A model generated the notes under the pieces. That model was not told the DNA's origin. It made no database searches and saw only the letters and a program-made list of their open reading frames with translations. Made by a program: the position numbers and the translations under genes. From a virus, in IMG/VR virus record IMGVR_UViG_3300047388_000292, positions 1-64,000 of that record: a DNA stretch of 64,000 nucleotides; one strand, given 5' to 3'. The first letter of the stretch is position 1. Every line of letters begins with the position of its first letter. This document shows positions 35,490-45,208 of the stretch, in pieces.

Positions 35490-37561
35490 CTTTTCTGGAT
35501 TCTACCGCTTCGGTTGCCAAGCGATGGAGGATTCTGTGGAGGCCCGAGTTTCACGAATGGAATTCCTCGTCTGTCAAGTTCTGGCGAATCTCTTGGAGGA
35601 CCTACTCGCACGGATGGGATCCCTCGAGATCCTAACGTGACCTCGCCATACGCAGTCAGATTCGACAAAGGAACGAAGATCGGGACAACCGCTCCTGTCT
35701 GAGACTGTGTCGCTGAAGCAAAGAACACAGAGACCACTACGGTTGATTGCGCGTTCGAAACAGTCTGGCTTGCGACTATCAACAACATTGCAGTCTTCAT
35801 CGTCGCTGTAGCAGTAGCCGTCGACATTGCTGCTGGCGTAAAATGCCCCGCTGCAGTCATGTTTACAGACCCAGTGGTGCTGACGACCGCAGTTGGAGAT
35901 AGTTGTGCTGCGGAGTTCACTGAAACAAGCGAGGTAGTAGTCACAGACGGAGCAACGATAAATGGCTGAATAACAGTAGGCTGTGCGATCGTACTCGAAA
36001 CGCTGCTTGCAGCGGAAACAATAAGTACTCGAGCAGTCAGCGGTGTAGTGGCACCCAATATCGAGCTTGCGGTTGGGGCGATAAATGCGACACCAGGAGA
36101 CGTTACCCCAGCGACCGACGATGTAATGCTCGTCACCGATGGAGAGAGAAGACTCGCAGCGGACATAGGAGAAATAGCCGAAGTCGTGCTATTCGATGTC
36201 GGCGATATCAAGGTAGCTGCTGAAACCGGCACAGACACGCTCGAGACCATTATTGCCGAAACCGTGAACATAGCCGCCGCGGTAATCGGAACAGCAGCAG
36301 CACTTGAGCTTGTAGAAATCAAGTTCACAAACGTCTTGGCACTAACCGGAACAACTGCCGCAGAAACTGCGCTGACGACTGGCACAAGCTGTGGTGCTCC
36401 CGCGAGGATCGTAACATTCACAGAACCAATGCTCGTGATAGCCAGGGTGATAAATGTAGGCGCGCTGGTTGGCGTGGTCGCTGTTGAGATAGACGTAACC
36501 GAAGGTACAAGTAGCACAGGCGCAGAGATTGGAACTGTCGCAGAGCTAATCGCGGTTGTGGTCGAAGTAATCAAAGCAGCAGCAGTAAGCGGGATGCCTG
36601 CAACAGAACTAGAGTTCGTAGTAACACTCAAAAATGTCTGTGCCGTTATGGGTATATTCGCTGTGCTGATGGCCCCAGCGGCTACAGTAAAGAACGTCTG
36701 CGCACTGATCGGGACACTGGTTGCACTAACCGCTGTAGCAGTTGGAGTAATAAACGGCAAACCGTTTTGTATTGGCGAAATTGACGCCGTAACAGACGTT
36801 GCTGTCGGCACAAACAATGCTGCTGCTGTCAATAGCCCAGTGGGGGTCGTCGTGCTGCCGGTAGATATGGATAGAAGTGAAGCTGCCGTGAGCGGCACTA
36901 CAACAGCGCCAGTAGTCGTGGCGATCACGGAGAAGAACGTTTGTGCGGAGATAGGTACAACAACAGAACCTATAGCTGTCGCGTTGGGCACCAAGAACGT
37001 CGTGGCGCTCACGGGGATGACCGCATTGGACACAGCAATCCCGGACACTGTGAATAAACTTGTAGCCGTCAGAGGCGCACTCGTAGAAGAGACCGCGACG
37101 GCAGTCGGATTGATCGGCTGTTGGACAGTAGTCTGCCCGGTCGCAGTAGATGTCGAGCTTACAGACGGACCAAGCAGCGCAGCAGCAGTAGTCGGGCTAG
37201 AAGCTGAGCTCGAGCTAGTTGTAGTCAACGAGAAGAACGTCTGTGCGCTTGTTAGCACAGAGGCAGATGCATTCGCAATAGCTGATGGAGTCAATAGCGC
37301 AGCAGCAGTCACAGGCACTGTAGATGTAGAACTAGACTGTGCGGTTGGAGCAATCAACGACGGAGCGGTTATCGTCACAGCAGCTTGCGTTTGAGCATTG
37401 GCAGACACGACAAATGATGTCGTCGCAGTAATTATTACAGCGGCTGCGCTTATGACTGCGGCAGTTACCGCGCCAAGGTCCGCCGCGGTTATTGCGTTCG
37501 AGTTTACATTCGGGAGCTTCCCGACGAGAAGCGGCCCGGGTCCCGGCAGGAACAGGGTCAT
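35486..37561 (-). CDS. Ser/Thr/Ala-rich 20-aa tandem repeat fibre protein
   Basis: About 30 imperfect 20-aa units such as AQTFFSLTTTSSSSASSPTT; almost uncharged. Confidence 0.75.
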   Translation of the reverse strand: MTLFLPGPGPLLVGKLPNVNSNAITAADLGAVTAAVISAAAVIITATTSFVVSANAQTQAAVTITAPSLIAPTAQSSSTSTVPVTAAALLTPSAIANASASVLTSAQTFFSLTTTSSSSASSPTTAAALLGPSVSSTSTATGQTTVQQPINPTAVAVSSTSAPLTATSLFTVSGIAVSNAVIPVSATTFLVPNATAIGSVVVPISAQTFFSVIATTTGAVVVPLTAASLLSISTGSTTTPTGLLTAAALFVPTATSVTASISPIQNGLPFITPTATAVSATSVPISAQTFFTVAAGAISTANIPITAQTFLSVTTNSSSVAGIPLTAAALITSTTTAISSATVPISAPVLLVPSVTSISTATTPTSAPTFITLAITSIGSVNVTILAGAPQLVPVVSAVSAAVVPVSAKTFVNLISTSSSAAAVPITAAAMFTVSAIMVSSVSVPVSAATLISPTSNSTTSAISPMSAASLLSPSVTSITSSVAGVTSPGVAFIAPTASSILGATTPLTARVLIVSAASSVSSTIAQPTVIQPFIVAPSVTTTSLVSVNSAAQLSPTAVVSTTGSVNMTAAGHFTPAAMSTATATATMKTAMLLIVASQTVSNAQSTVVVSVFFASATQSQTGAVVPIFVPLSNLTAYGEVTLGSRGIPSVRVGPPRDSPELDRRGIPFVKLGPPQNPPSLGNRSGRIQKR

Positions 37562-37567
37562 GACGGC

Positions 37568-38116
37568 CTAGTCAGGCGAGCGGATGTTGGCCCACTGGGT
37601 GGTCCAGGACCCGGCGACGCTCAGGGTCTTGGAGATCCAGATGGTCTGGTTCACCGAGTGGTCAAACGCCGCCGAGGTGCCTCCGAACACCACAAGGAGC
37701 TGGGTGTTGGCGGTCGCCGCGACGCCGCCGGACACGAAGAACCCGGTGCCCTTGATCGTGGCGTTGGTCCCGCCCGGCGCGCCGGTGGTCAGCACGGTCA
37801 GCATCATCCGCAGATACCAGGGGCCCGACAGCGAGGAGGCCGGCACGGTCTGGGCGATCGAGGCCCCGAGCGTGGTGCCGGAGGCGTTGGTGGTGGAGAT
37901 GGTCGGGCTGATGGTCAGCGCCCCGGTCGCCGCGGTGGTGATCAGCCCGCCCGCCTCGACGATGTACATCTTCCCCGGCCGCGGGTCGTAGGCGAAGATC
38001 GGCGTGTACTGCTGGCTGTTCCACATGCCGACCGCGGTGGTCGCCGCATTGGCGGCTAGCGGATCGGTGATGGCCGGCTCGACCGGGCCGGCATCCTGTA
38101 GGTATTGCCTCGCCAT
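37568..38116 (-). CDS. beta-rich virion structural protein
   Basis: 182 aa, Thr/Gly/Ala-rich, in the head-accessory cluster. Confidence 0.6.
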   Translation of the reverse strand: MARQYLQDAGPVEPAITDPLAANAATTAVGMWNSQQYTPIFAYDPRPGKMYIVEAGGLITTAATGALTISPTISTTNASGTTLGASIAQTVPASSLSGPWYLRMMLTVLTTGAPGGTNATIKGTGFFVSGGVAATANTQLLVVFGGTSAAFDHSVNQTIWISKTLSVAGSWTTQWANIRSPD

Positions 38117-38875
38117 CTACAAGATCCCTCCTTGGGGAGCCATGAACGGGATTGCCCGAAAGCTCGGCTGAGGGCCCACCACAGCAGCGGCGGGCGTCGA
38201 TACGACCTCCAGCACAACGATCGTGTACGGGCCGGTTGACGTGCCGGAATAGCCGAACGATTGCGAGCCGGTGGACGTCTCATCGTCCAGCTCGGTTAGG
38301 TAGAGGGTGTAGTTCGTGCTGAACGCCTGCGCGAACGGCGACGCTGTCGGCCCCGGCGCACCCGAGCCGTGAGTGGTCGCCGCGGGCGACGGCGACTCCA
38401 CCGCATGCGCCGACCAGTCGCCCGCAGCCCAGCAGACGGACGAATCCACCTTCGTCATCGTTATCGCCCCGGTCTGCGGCGATGACGTCGCGCCCGTCAC
38501 CAGCTGAGACGCCCCGACCGAGATCGTGTCGGTGCCCTGCGCGCGGAACTGATAGACGCCCATCCCCATCGCCATCGCAGCGCTGCTGGGACAGTTGGCC
38601 GTGATGATGCCGGAGCTGCCCGCGGTCGCGACGGCAGTCCATACGGCCACGCCACAGTCGGTTCCCGTCGTGCTATGGACTTGCTGCGGCGTCCAGGACA
38701 GACCCGATCCCGTGTTCGTCGGCGCGCTCCAGGCGTGCGACCCGTTGCCTTCGTTCCCCGCGAGGCAGACGAGAACATCACCCGTCTGCCACGTCAGTGT
38801 TGCCGATGCTTGGCTGTTGGTTCCGGTGGTGCCGCTGTTGGCTGAGGAGAACGCGATGAGGGTTGGCGCGGCCAT
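38117..38875 (-). CDS. Ser/Thr/Gly-rich virion structural protein
   Basis: TWQTGDVLV, VAVWTAVA lectin-like beta pattern. Confidence 0.6.
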   Translation of the reverse strand: MAAPTLIAFSSANSGTTGTNSQASATLTWQTGDVLVCLAGNEGNGSHAWSAPTNTGSGLSWTPQQVHSTTGTDCGVAVWTAVATAGSSGIITANCPSSAAMAMGMGVYQFRAQGTDTISVGASQLVTGATSSPQTGAITMTKVDSSVCWAAGDWSAHAVESPSPAATTHGSGAPGPTASPFAQAFSTNYTLYLTELDDETSTGSQSFGYSGTSTGPYTIVVLEVVSTPAAAVVGPQPSFRAIPFMAPQGGIL

Positions 38876-38878
38876 CGT

Positions 38879-39271
38879 CTACAGCGTCTCGTAGACAACC
38901 GACCCTGAGATCGTCGTTGGCGCTGTCGCCGTCAGGATGACCTGAAACGCCGTGTCGGTCGGGAACGGGGAGCCGATGCCGACCGACATCGTGTTCTCCG
39001 TGACCGTCACGCCTTTCGTGGTCACGGTCCCTCCGAAGAACGTGGCCGAGCCGATGTCACGCCACGTGGCGCCATTGTCGAGCGAGTATTGAATGTCGAT
39101 CGTGAGCGCATCGGCAGGCGTGAGCGTGTTCAGCCACGGGTGGTTGCCGGCGCCGGCGCGCTCGATGATGACCTCGGCCTGCGACCAGGGCTGCGCGCTG
39201 TGCGCGAACGTGTTGAACGCGGTTTGCCCGGCGGCCAGCGTGATCGTTGGAATGTTCTGCGTTACCGACAC
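38879..39271 (-). CDS. hypothetical beta-sandwich protein
   Basis: IQYSLDNGATW. Confidence 0.55.
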   Translation of the reverse strand: MSVTQNIPTITLAAGQTAFNTFAHSAQPWSQAEVIIERAGAGNHPWLNTLTPADALTIDIQYSLDNGATWRDIGSATFFGGTVTTKGVTVTENTMSVGIGSPFPTDTAFQVILTATAPTTISGSVVYETL

Positions 39272-39295
39272 GGCAAAGCCCCCCGAGAGGTTGGT

Positions 39296-41122
39296 TTACG
39301 GGTTGATCGGCGTGCCGTCGTCGTAACGGTTCCCCGCCCCCCACACGTTCCCGGAGTCGGTGCCGCGCTGGTGGACGGTGCCGTTGTCCCAGCCCGCGAT
39401 CGGGCCGTACACGCCGCACTGGCCGGTGACGCCGCGCCCGAAGACGTTATTGGCGATGTAGTCGCCGATCGTCGGATACGGCTTCTGCGTTCCCTGCCCC
39501 GGATACAGGCAGACCGCGACTTGGCTGCCGTCAGCATAGTTCGGTCCGGCGGGAGCCAGATAGTTGTATTCGGCGTCGAGCGTGACCTGGTTGAAGTCGG
39601 GGAACACTGACAGGTCGCCTGAGCAGCCTGCGTTCCCGCCGCCGACAACTGCGCCCGGTAGCGTGGCGGCCTGGTCGCCGCAGTTGATGTAGTCGTGAAT
39701 GGCGGTGAGCTTGTTGCCCGGCCCGTTGCCGTTGCCACCGATCCCGTTCATGTGGAATGTGGATTGGACGACGAGGCCGTGCTCCCACGAGTCCTTGACG
39801 ATGCAGTTCCCGTCGCAGTGGTCGGGGCCGTTGCCGCCGTGATTGTTGACGTGGTCCTCGTAGAAGTTGCCGTAGGAGATGTTTGCGCGGTTGACCTGGA
39901 TCGTCGACCCGTCCGATGCGGTGTAGGTCGGCATGTCAGCCGTGTCGATCTCGTCGTAGCTCATCACGAGCGGGCCGTTGACGTCCACGTAACCGATGAC
40001 CTTCGAGTTCTTCAGCGTCACGCACGGCGTCGCCGGGGAGCTGGTGCCGTTGCCAGCGTTGTCGGAGAAGCTGCCGGTGATGAGCAGGCCCGAGATGGTG
40101 ACGTTGCACGAGTTGACCTCCACGGCCTGATTGCTGGCGTTCCAAGTCCAGCCCGGGCCGGAGGTCGCGTCCTGCGGGACGCGCGTGAGGACCGTTCCGG
40201 CCGGCACGCCGGTGCTGCTGGGGCCGGGCCAGCAGCCGCCCCACGGGTCGGGGCTGTCGGGCGCGTTCGGGGTGCTCGCCGGGCAGTTGCCGCTCGGCGT
40301 GGTCGACGTGGTGCTCGTCGTGCTGGTTGTGGTGGTCGGCGTTGTCGAGGTTGTCGAGGTGGTGGTCGGCGTCGTGGTGCTCGTGGTCGTGCTGGTCGCT
40401 CCGGTCCCCGAGACGTAGGCGCTGACCGGATTGGAGTTCCACTGCAGCGCGGGCGAGTAAGGGTTCGGGAAGCCGCTGCCGGACCAGTCGAGATTCGACC
40501 CGCCTGAGCCCATGTCCCGGTAGCTGATCGTGCCGCCCGTCTTAGCGCCGAGCGCGATCCAGTACCGGGTGCCGCTGGTGATGCTCGCGTCGCCGGCCAG
40601 CGGGACGGTCGCCCACCCCGCCGCGTTAGAAGCGATGGTGGCGGTGTCGAGGCGGGCGCCCGGCTTGCCTGCGCTGTCGGCATACAGTCCGACCTGCGCG
40701 CCGTCCGTGGAGTCGAGGTACACGCTTACGCTGGCGGCAGTGCCGGACGCACCGGCCGTGTAGCCGAATGCCTCGCTTGCAGGCGCAGAGCTTCCGTCGT
40801 GGGTGCCTTGGACAGTTTGGCTTCCCAGCAGCACCGTGCTGGGTGGAGGAGGGGGGGGCGTTGTCGGGACGGTGAAGCTGCCGATGATCGTTTCGGTGTG
40901 CGCGCCCGGCGCAAGGCCCGTCTGATTCAGCGGACTCGTACAGGCAGCCGGCGTGCCGCCGTCAAGCGAGCACTGGAAAGTCGCGCCCGGCTCATCGGAC
41001 GAGAAGCTGAAGGATGGGCTTGAGCCGGCGCCGAGGGCGACCGCGCCGCCGATCCCGAGGATCAGCGCGAGGAGGCCGAGGACGATGTAGGTGGTCAGGT
41101 CGGGCTTGTAGATTCGGCGCAC
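39296..41122 (-). CDS. exported multidomain protein (Ig-like, DUF4082-like, Thr linker, beta-helix)
   Basis: Hydrophobic N-terminus; FSFSSDEPGATFQCSLDG; GLYADSAGKPG; poly-Thr linker; WPGPSSTGVPAGT. Confidence 0.7.
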   Translation of the reverse strand: MRRIYKPDLTTYIVLGLLALILGIGGAVALGAGSSPSFSFSSDEPGATFQCSLDGGTPAACTSPLNQTGLAPGAHTETIIGSFTVPTTPPPPPPSTVLLGSQTVQGTHDGSSAPASEAFGYTAGASGTAASVSVYLDSTDGAQVGLYADSAGKPGARLDTATIASNAAGWATVPLAGDASITSGTRYWIALGAKTGGTISYRDMGSGGSNLDWSGSGFPNPYSPALQWNSNPVSAYVSGTGATSTTTSTTTPTTTSTTSTTPTTTTSTTSTTSTTPSGNCPASTPNAPDSPDPWGGCWPGPSSTGVPAGTVLTRVPQDATSGPGWTWNASNQAVEVNSCNVTISGLLITGSFSDNAGNGTSSPATPCVTLKNSKVIGYVDVNGPLVMSYDEIDTADMPTYTASDGSTIQVNRANISYGNFYEDHVNNHGGNGPDHCDGNCIVKDSWEHGLVVQSTFHMNGIGGNGNGPGNKLTAIHDYINCGDQAATLPGAVVGGGNAGCSGDLSVFPDFNQVTLDAEYNYLAPAGPNYADGSQVAVCLYPGQGTQKPYPTIGDYIANNVFGRGVTGQCGVYGPIAGWDNGTVHQRGTDSGNVWGAGNRYDDGTPINP

Positions 41123-41123
41123 G

Positions 41124-41600
41124 TCAGCTCGCCAGTTCGGTGTTACCGGCATCCGTGCGTTGGTATGGGCCTGGATGCGATCCTTCTACTAACCCAGCCT
41201 CAATCAGCAAATTGAGCTGCTCAAACACTTGCCGAATCGTATCCTCGAGCGTGCCCGATATATCGAGCTTATCGGCCTCTGGATTCTGCGGGTTGAAGGT
41301 ATGTGGGTCCAGCATCAGAGACCGAGTCAGCGCAGCCAGAGTGTTTCGAGGGCCATACGCTGTCTCATCTTCCTCATCTGCTATGAACCCGAGGACACGT
41401 CTAGTTAGAGACAAACGCTTGAACTTTGTTTCTGGTAGCACAGCACCAGGACCACCACCTGCAGTGAGGCTGACGCTCGCCCGAACACCAAGCATAAGAG
41501 CGGCTGCTACAGCAACCGGATCAGTCACCTCTGGCGTGACTCCCTCGGGGATAGACGCAACGTCTGCGGGAGTGATCTCGATCGAATCTGAAGCTTCCAT
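41124..41600 (-). CDS. hypothetical protein
   Basis: 158 aa with a GGAGGAGG SD. Confidence 0.6.
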   Translation of the reverse strand: MEASDSIEITPADVASIPEGVTPEVTDPVAVAAALMLGVRASVSLTAGGGPGAVLPETKFKRLSLTRRVLGFIADEEDETAYGPRNTLAALTRSLMLDPHTFNPQNPEADKLDISGTLEDTIRQVFEQLNLLIEAGLVEGSHPGPYQRTDAGNTELAS

Positions 41601-41609
41601 CGCCTCCTC

Positions 41610-42245
41610 CTAACTTCCGGTGATGGATAGTGACATCGCAGCCGAAGCGATTGTGGGCGGAGTTTGGGTCGTGCTGATTACCGTGCTCGTGACACTCGCG
41701 ACCCACAGCAAGTTTGAGCCAGAAATCGTCGCCGAGTCGCTGATGCAGAACCCGAGCAGCGTCGAGGTCGAGGCCGTGCAGGCGCCCCAAGTGATCGCAC
41801 CATTGTTCGTTACGACCGACGGGGTAGCGCTGGTCGCAGCGTTTGTCCATGTGCCGACCGTAGGTGTCAAGATCGCGTAGCCGGTGTAGGCTGCAACGGT
41901 TCCCGCAACGGTGGTGCCGGTGCTCGCGGTGGTCGGCGCAGTCGTGAGCAGTGATAGGCCGATGACGGCCGGCAGTGTCCACTGCGAGCCGTGGCCGACG
42001 CACATGTCGCCAACCTTCGCCATCGAATACTGCGCCATCCCAGTAAGCGCAGTCGGACAACCAGCCGCGTCGAGCTCGCGAGCGATCTCCAAACCTTCGG
42101 GAATTTCGTGTGCGGCTAGGTTGCAGATGTCCTGAAGCACATCCCGGAAACGCTCGATATCCTCGAGCCGCGTGTTCATCCAACGCTTGCCGTACTCGGT
42201 AAGCCGTGCTGGTTCAAGCTCGAGATAGACCGGCTCAATGCTCAT
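41610..42245 (-). CDS. virion fibre-anchor structural protein
   Basis: LSLLTTAPT...YTGYA...W...NNGAITWGACT...ISDSAT.GSNLLW. Confidence 0.7.
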   Translation of the reverse strand: MSIEPVYLELEPARLTEYGKRWMNTRLEDIERFRDVLQDICNLAAHEIPEGLEIARELDAAGCPTALTGMAQYSMAKVGDMCVGHGSQWTLPAVIGLSLLTTAPTTASTGTTVAGTVAAYTGYAILTPTVGTWTNAATSATPSVVTNNGAITWGACTASTSTLLGFCISDSATISGSNLLWVASVTSTVISTTQTPPTIASAAMSLSITGS

Positions 42246-42527
42246 TTACCCGGTGTTCCTTCCATTCGGCATAGATTGGAACATTTGCTGAGGCATGCCG
42301 GGAACTGCGATCTCTACGCGCTTCTTCGCAGGTTCACCGCGCAATTGCCCAGCGATGTCATCGGCAGCAAAGTCGTCGAGCGGAAACTGCCATTGCCGGC
42401 CAAACTGATCATCCTTGAACACAAGCACACGGCCAGCGATGATTGTCTGTCCCGGATTCTGAGGATCAGGTGCCTGCTGTTCGGCGATGACGTATCCAAC
42501 TCCGATGATTGTTTCTGCAATCGGCAT
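42246..42527 (-). CDS. hypothetical protein
   Basis: 93 aa, coupled. Confidence 0.55.
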   Translation of the reverse strand: MPIAETIIGVGYVIAEQQAPDPQNPGQTIIAGRVLVFKDDQFGRQWQFPLDDFAADDIAGQLRGEPAKKRVEIAVPGMPQQMFQSMPNGRNTG

Positions 42528-43117
42528 CAGACATTCACTCCTGCCGGCTGCTGAATCTCACCCTCGTAAATACCACGATCCCATTCAACAATCGCCGGCC
42601 GATTCTTGTGTTCGCGCTCATATGCAATGGCGTCCTTCACCAACGGATCTGAGGAAACCGAGAACTTCTCAAGGATCTGACGCACATCCCACTGGTCAAA
42701 TCCATCGAACGGCTCGCGCTCACGAACTGAGACGAAGTCCACAATGTCAGCACGACTCATACCGCCCTCGGCACGCTCGTAGTCCTTGGCCTGCCTGACC
42801 GTCGACACATCTGCGTCTCTCAGGCGATCGATGATTTCCTGCGGATGCAAACCAACATAGTCAGGCCACGGCGGCTTGACTTCTGCACCCTCGAGCGTCC
42901 GCACACCGGCCAACTCTGTCGCCTTGACGCGATACGAATACGCCTCGGACACAGTCAGCGGCTCGAAGCGCTCGCGATACCAGTCCGACCCCTCCTTGAT
43001 CTTGTCGCGGATGAAGTCGTGGACCTCCCAGTCCGAGAGCACAGTGCCCTCTTGATGAACGAAGTGGTCGTTGTTGACGTTTCGAACAGTCGTGTGCTTT
43101 TTCAGCAGGTATGCCAT
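42527..43117 (-). CDS. capsid-associated hypothetical protein with two internal repeats
   Basis: PWPDY...YER...R..IV unit repeated as PFDGF...YER...R.AIV; start MAYLLK with an AGGAG SD. Confidence 0.6.
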   Translation of the reverse strand: MAYLLKKHTTVRNVNNDHFVHQEGTVLSDWEVHDFIRDKIKEGSDWYRERFEPLTVSEAYSYRVKATELAGVRTLEGAEVKPPWPDYVGLHPQEIIDRLRDADVSTVRQAKDYERAEGGMSRADIVDFVSVREREPFDGFDQWDVRQILEKFSVSSDPLVKDAIAYEREHKNRPAIVEWDRGIYEGEIQQPAGVNV

Positions 43118-43140
43118 CAGGGCCTCGCTCCTGTTAGTTA

Positions 43141-44400
43141 CTAAAAACTTTTCATGTACAAAAATGCTTCGGGGCGCCGCAGACGACCAAACCGAGCCGA
43201 CGCCTGACGGAAGAAGTGCTTCTTGGCACCGTGGTCGACGATGATCTCCGACTGCGGTCCCTGCACCCACTTCAGCTCGTTGAAAGCGGCTGAGAGTGCA
43301 ACCATGCCGTCAGCGACATCAGCGATGCGCTCACCTTCATGGACGTACTCGGTGGTGTACATGAGCTCGCCGTTGAGCAGGTACTTCGTCAACGCACCCA
43401 TGCCTCGGGAGTATCCCTGCGTCTCCGAACGGTAGCCGGAGTCGGTAACGATGAGCTTCGGTGCCGGAGCCACATTCGAATCGACCTCGTCCATGCCTCC
43501 TCCCCAGAGCAGCGTCTGCATGTCTGCTGCCGTCGGCAAGTAGACGTTGCGGTCCGTCGGCGTGAGATAACCGCGGGCCTGGTTCGAACGCTGCAGATTC
43601 GAGAACGTAATCGTGTTCTGGTGGATCCTTGACGCGTAGACGCCGATGTCGTTGGCGATCAACTGCTGACCCGAACGAATGTCGTCGATCGGCGTGGAGT
43701 TCACGCGGTCCGTCCACGGCACCGACGTCGTGATGTTGTGGGTGCTCATGTACGGCCACGTGATCGTCGCTGATCCCTGGTCGTAGGTGACCACGAGGGA
43801 CTGACCCTTGAACATAGCCCAGCGCATGACTTCGGTAAGACGCTCGTTGCGCAACTGGAGCATGCGTCCCTGAGTAACAAGGTCGACACCTGCGCGAGCG
43901 CGGATCGACTCATCCTTCGAGGTCATGCGCAGCCACAGATCCTCCTGAATTGCCACCATCTCGTCGAGGAGGAGCAGCTCAGAGACTTCCTGAGTAAACG
44001 CCATCTTCGGGACGAAGATTTTCGGAGAAGCATCCGGAGCGCGGAACTGCCCGATTCCGAAGGCCGCGACTTCCGCGATCTCCCGCTTGATCGTGCGGTC
44101 ATAGCACGGGACCAGCGGTGCAATCTGCGGGCCCATAGTTGGCAGCCGCTCGAGCACCGTCTCGAGATTGCGTCGCACCAGATCGGTAATCGCTGCCTGT
44201 TGGAAGACATCGAACACGTTCTGGTCTCCGGCCTGTGCGCCGGCAATGAGTGGCATTCCGTGCGGATACTTCTGCTGGAACCACTCCCACGACCCAACCA
44301 TCGGTCGTGAATCGTCAGCTCGACGCCGGGGGTGTCCGAGATGATCGTGAGATCCCCCGTGTAGATACTTCATCCGCTTGCGGTTTTTGCGGTCGGCCAT
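43141..44400 (-). CDS. major capsid protein (lambda gpE-like family)
   Basis: FRAPDASP, RNERLTEVMRWAMF.G, W...NSTPIDDI; follows the decoration and protease genes. Confidence 0.85.
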   Translation of the reverse strand: MADRKNRKRMKYLHGGSHDHLGHPRRRADDSRPMVGSWEWFQQKYPHGMPLIAGAQAGDQNVFDVFQQAAITDLVRRNLETVLERLPTMGPQIAPLVPCYDRTIKREIAEVAAFGIGQFRAPDASPKIFVPKMAFTQEVSELLLLDEMVAIQEDLWLRMTSKDESIRARAGVDLVTQGRMLQLRNERLTEVMRWAMFKGQSLVVTYDQGSATITWPYMSTHNITTSVPWTDRVNSTPIDDIRSGQQLIANDIGVYASRIHQNTITFSNLQRSNQARGYLTPTDRNVYLPTAADMQTLLWGGGMDEVDSNVAPAPKLIVTDSGYRSETQGYSRGMGALTKYLLNGELMYTTEYVHEGERIADVADGMVALSAAFNELKWVQGPQSEIIVDHGAKKHFFRQASARFGRLRRPEAFLYMKSF

Positions 44401-44427
44401 GTGATGCTCCTTTCTATTCCGGCCGAC

Positions 44428-45204
44428 CTAGTACCAATCGCAGGTCGGGAGGGATGTCTTTGCCGTGGCCCCATACTGGAACCAGTTCGGCAACTTCGAA
44501 ATGTCGAAGACACACTCGTGGAAGTACATCGGGATGGCCTCGTTATCTCCGACGACATTCCCGAAGAAGTCTCGATCAGGACCATCGAAGACACCCAGGA
44601 GATGCTGAGCGAAGGTACCCGGAGTGGTATGCACTGGCGTCACTACAGGAGTCGTGCCCCCGGTCAACCCGGAGCTGTTGGCAGTGATCAATGGCTGCGG
44701 CAAGTTCCCAAGTAGACCACCGAACGTCACAACCAGTGGCGTACCAGGGAACGCACCGCCGGTTACCGTAACGTTCGCGGTTGCACCAATCGTCGGCAAC
44801 GCAACTAGCGCCGCCTGGAGCACCGTTGACGTGGAGTTGAACGCAATGTTGGTAGTAGTTGCGCCGTTGAACGTCAGCGTGTAGGTGCCTCCTGTCGGAG
44901 TACCCGTAGTCGTGAGCGTCTGCACATCGTTGGCGTTGGATCCTGTGCCTGTGTATGCAGATACCTTGGTCGCGTCGTTCGGAGACTCGCCGAGGAACGT
45001 CCCGATCGGCAGTACATACGCCTGAATCGTCTGAAGAAAGGACCCCCAGATATTCTGATACTGCAAAGGCGCCGAGATGGTCGTCGCAGTGAGCGTCGAG
45101 GCATCGAAGACGGCCGATTTGATGCTCCTCGTACCAGTGAACGCCCGAATACAGGTCGGCCGCGGAATCTCACGAGAGCGGAGGGTCTGTTGAATCGGTG
45201 ACAT
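44428..45204 (-). CDS. head decoration protein with inserted surface domain
   Basis: VLPIGTFL...GVF core split by a DVQT..GTPTGG domain; immediately upstream of the capsid. Confidence 0.75.
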   Translation of the reverse strand: MSPIQQTLRSREIPRPTCIRAFTGTRSIKSAVFDASTLTATTISAPLQYQNIWGSFLQTIQAYVLPIGTFLGESPNDATKVSAYTGTGSNANDVQTLTTTGTPTGGTYTLTFNGATTTNIAFNSTSTVLQAALVALPTIGATANVTVTGGAFPGTPLVVTFGGLLGNLPQPLITANSSGLTGGTTPVVTPVHTTPGTFAQHLLGVFDGPDRDFFGNVVGDNEAIPMYFHECVFDISKLPNWFQYGATAKTSLPTCDWY

Positions 45205-45208
45205 CTAC

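Noticed and set aside
36048-37394. 448-aa plus-strand ORF
   Set aside because: Antisense shadow of the repeat protein; no independent motifs
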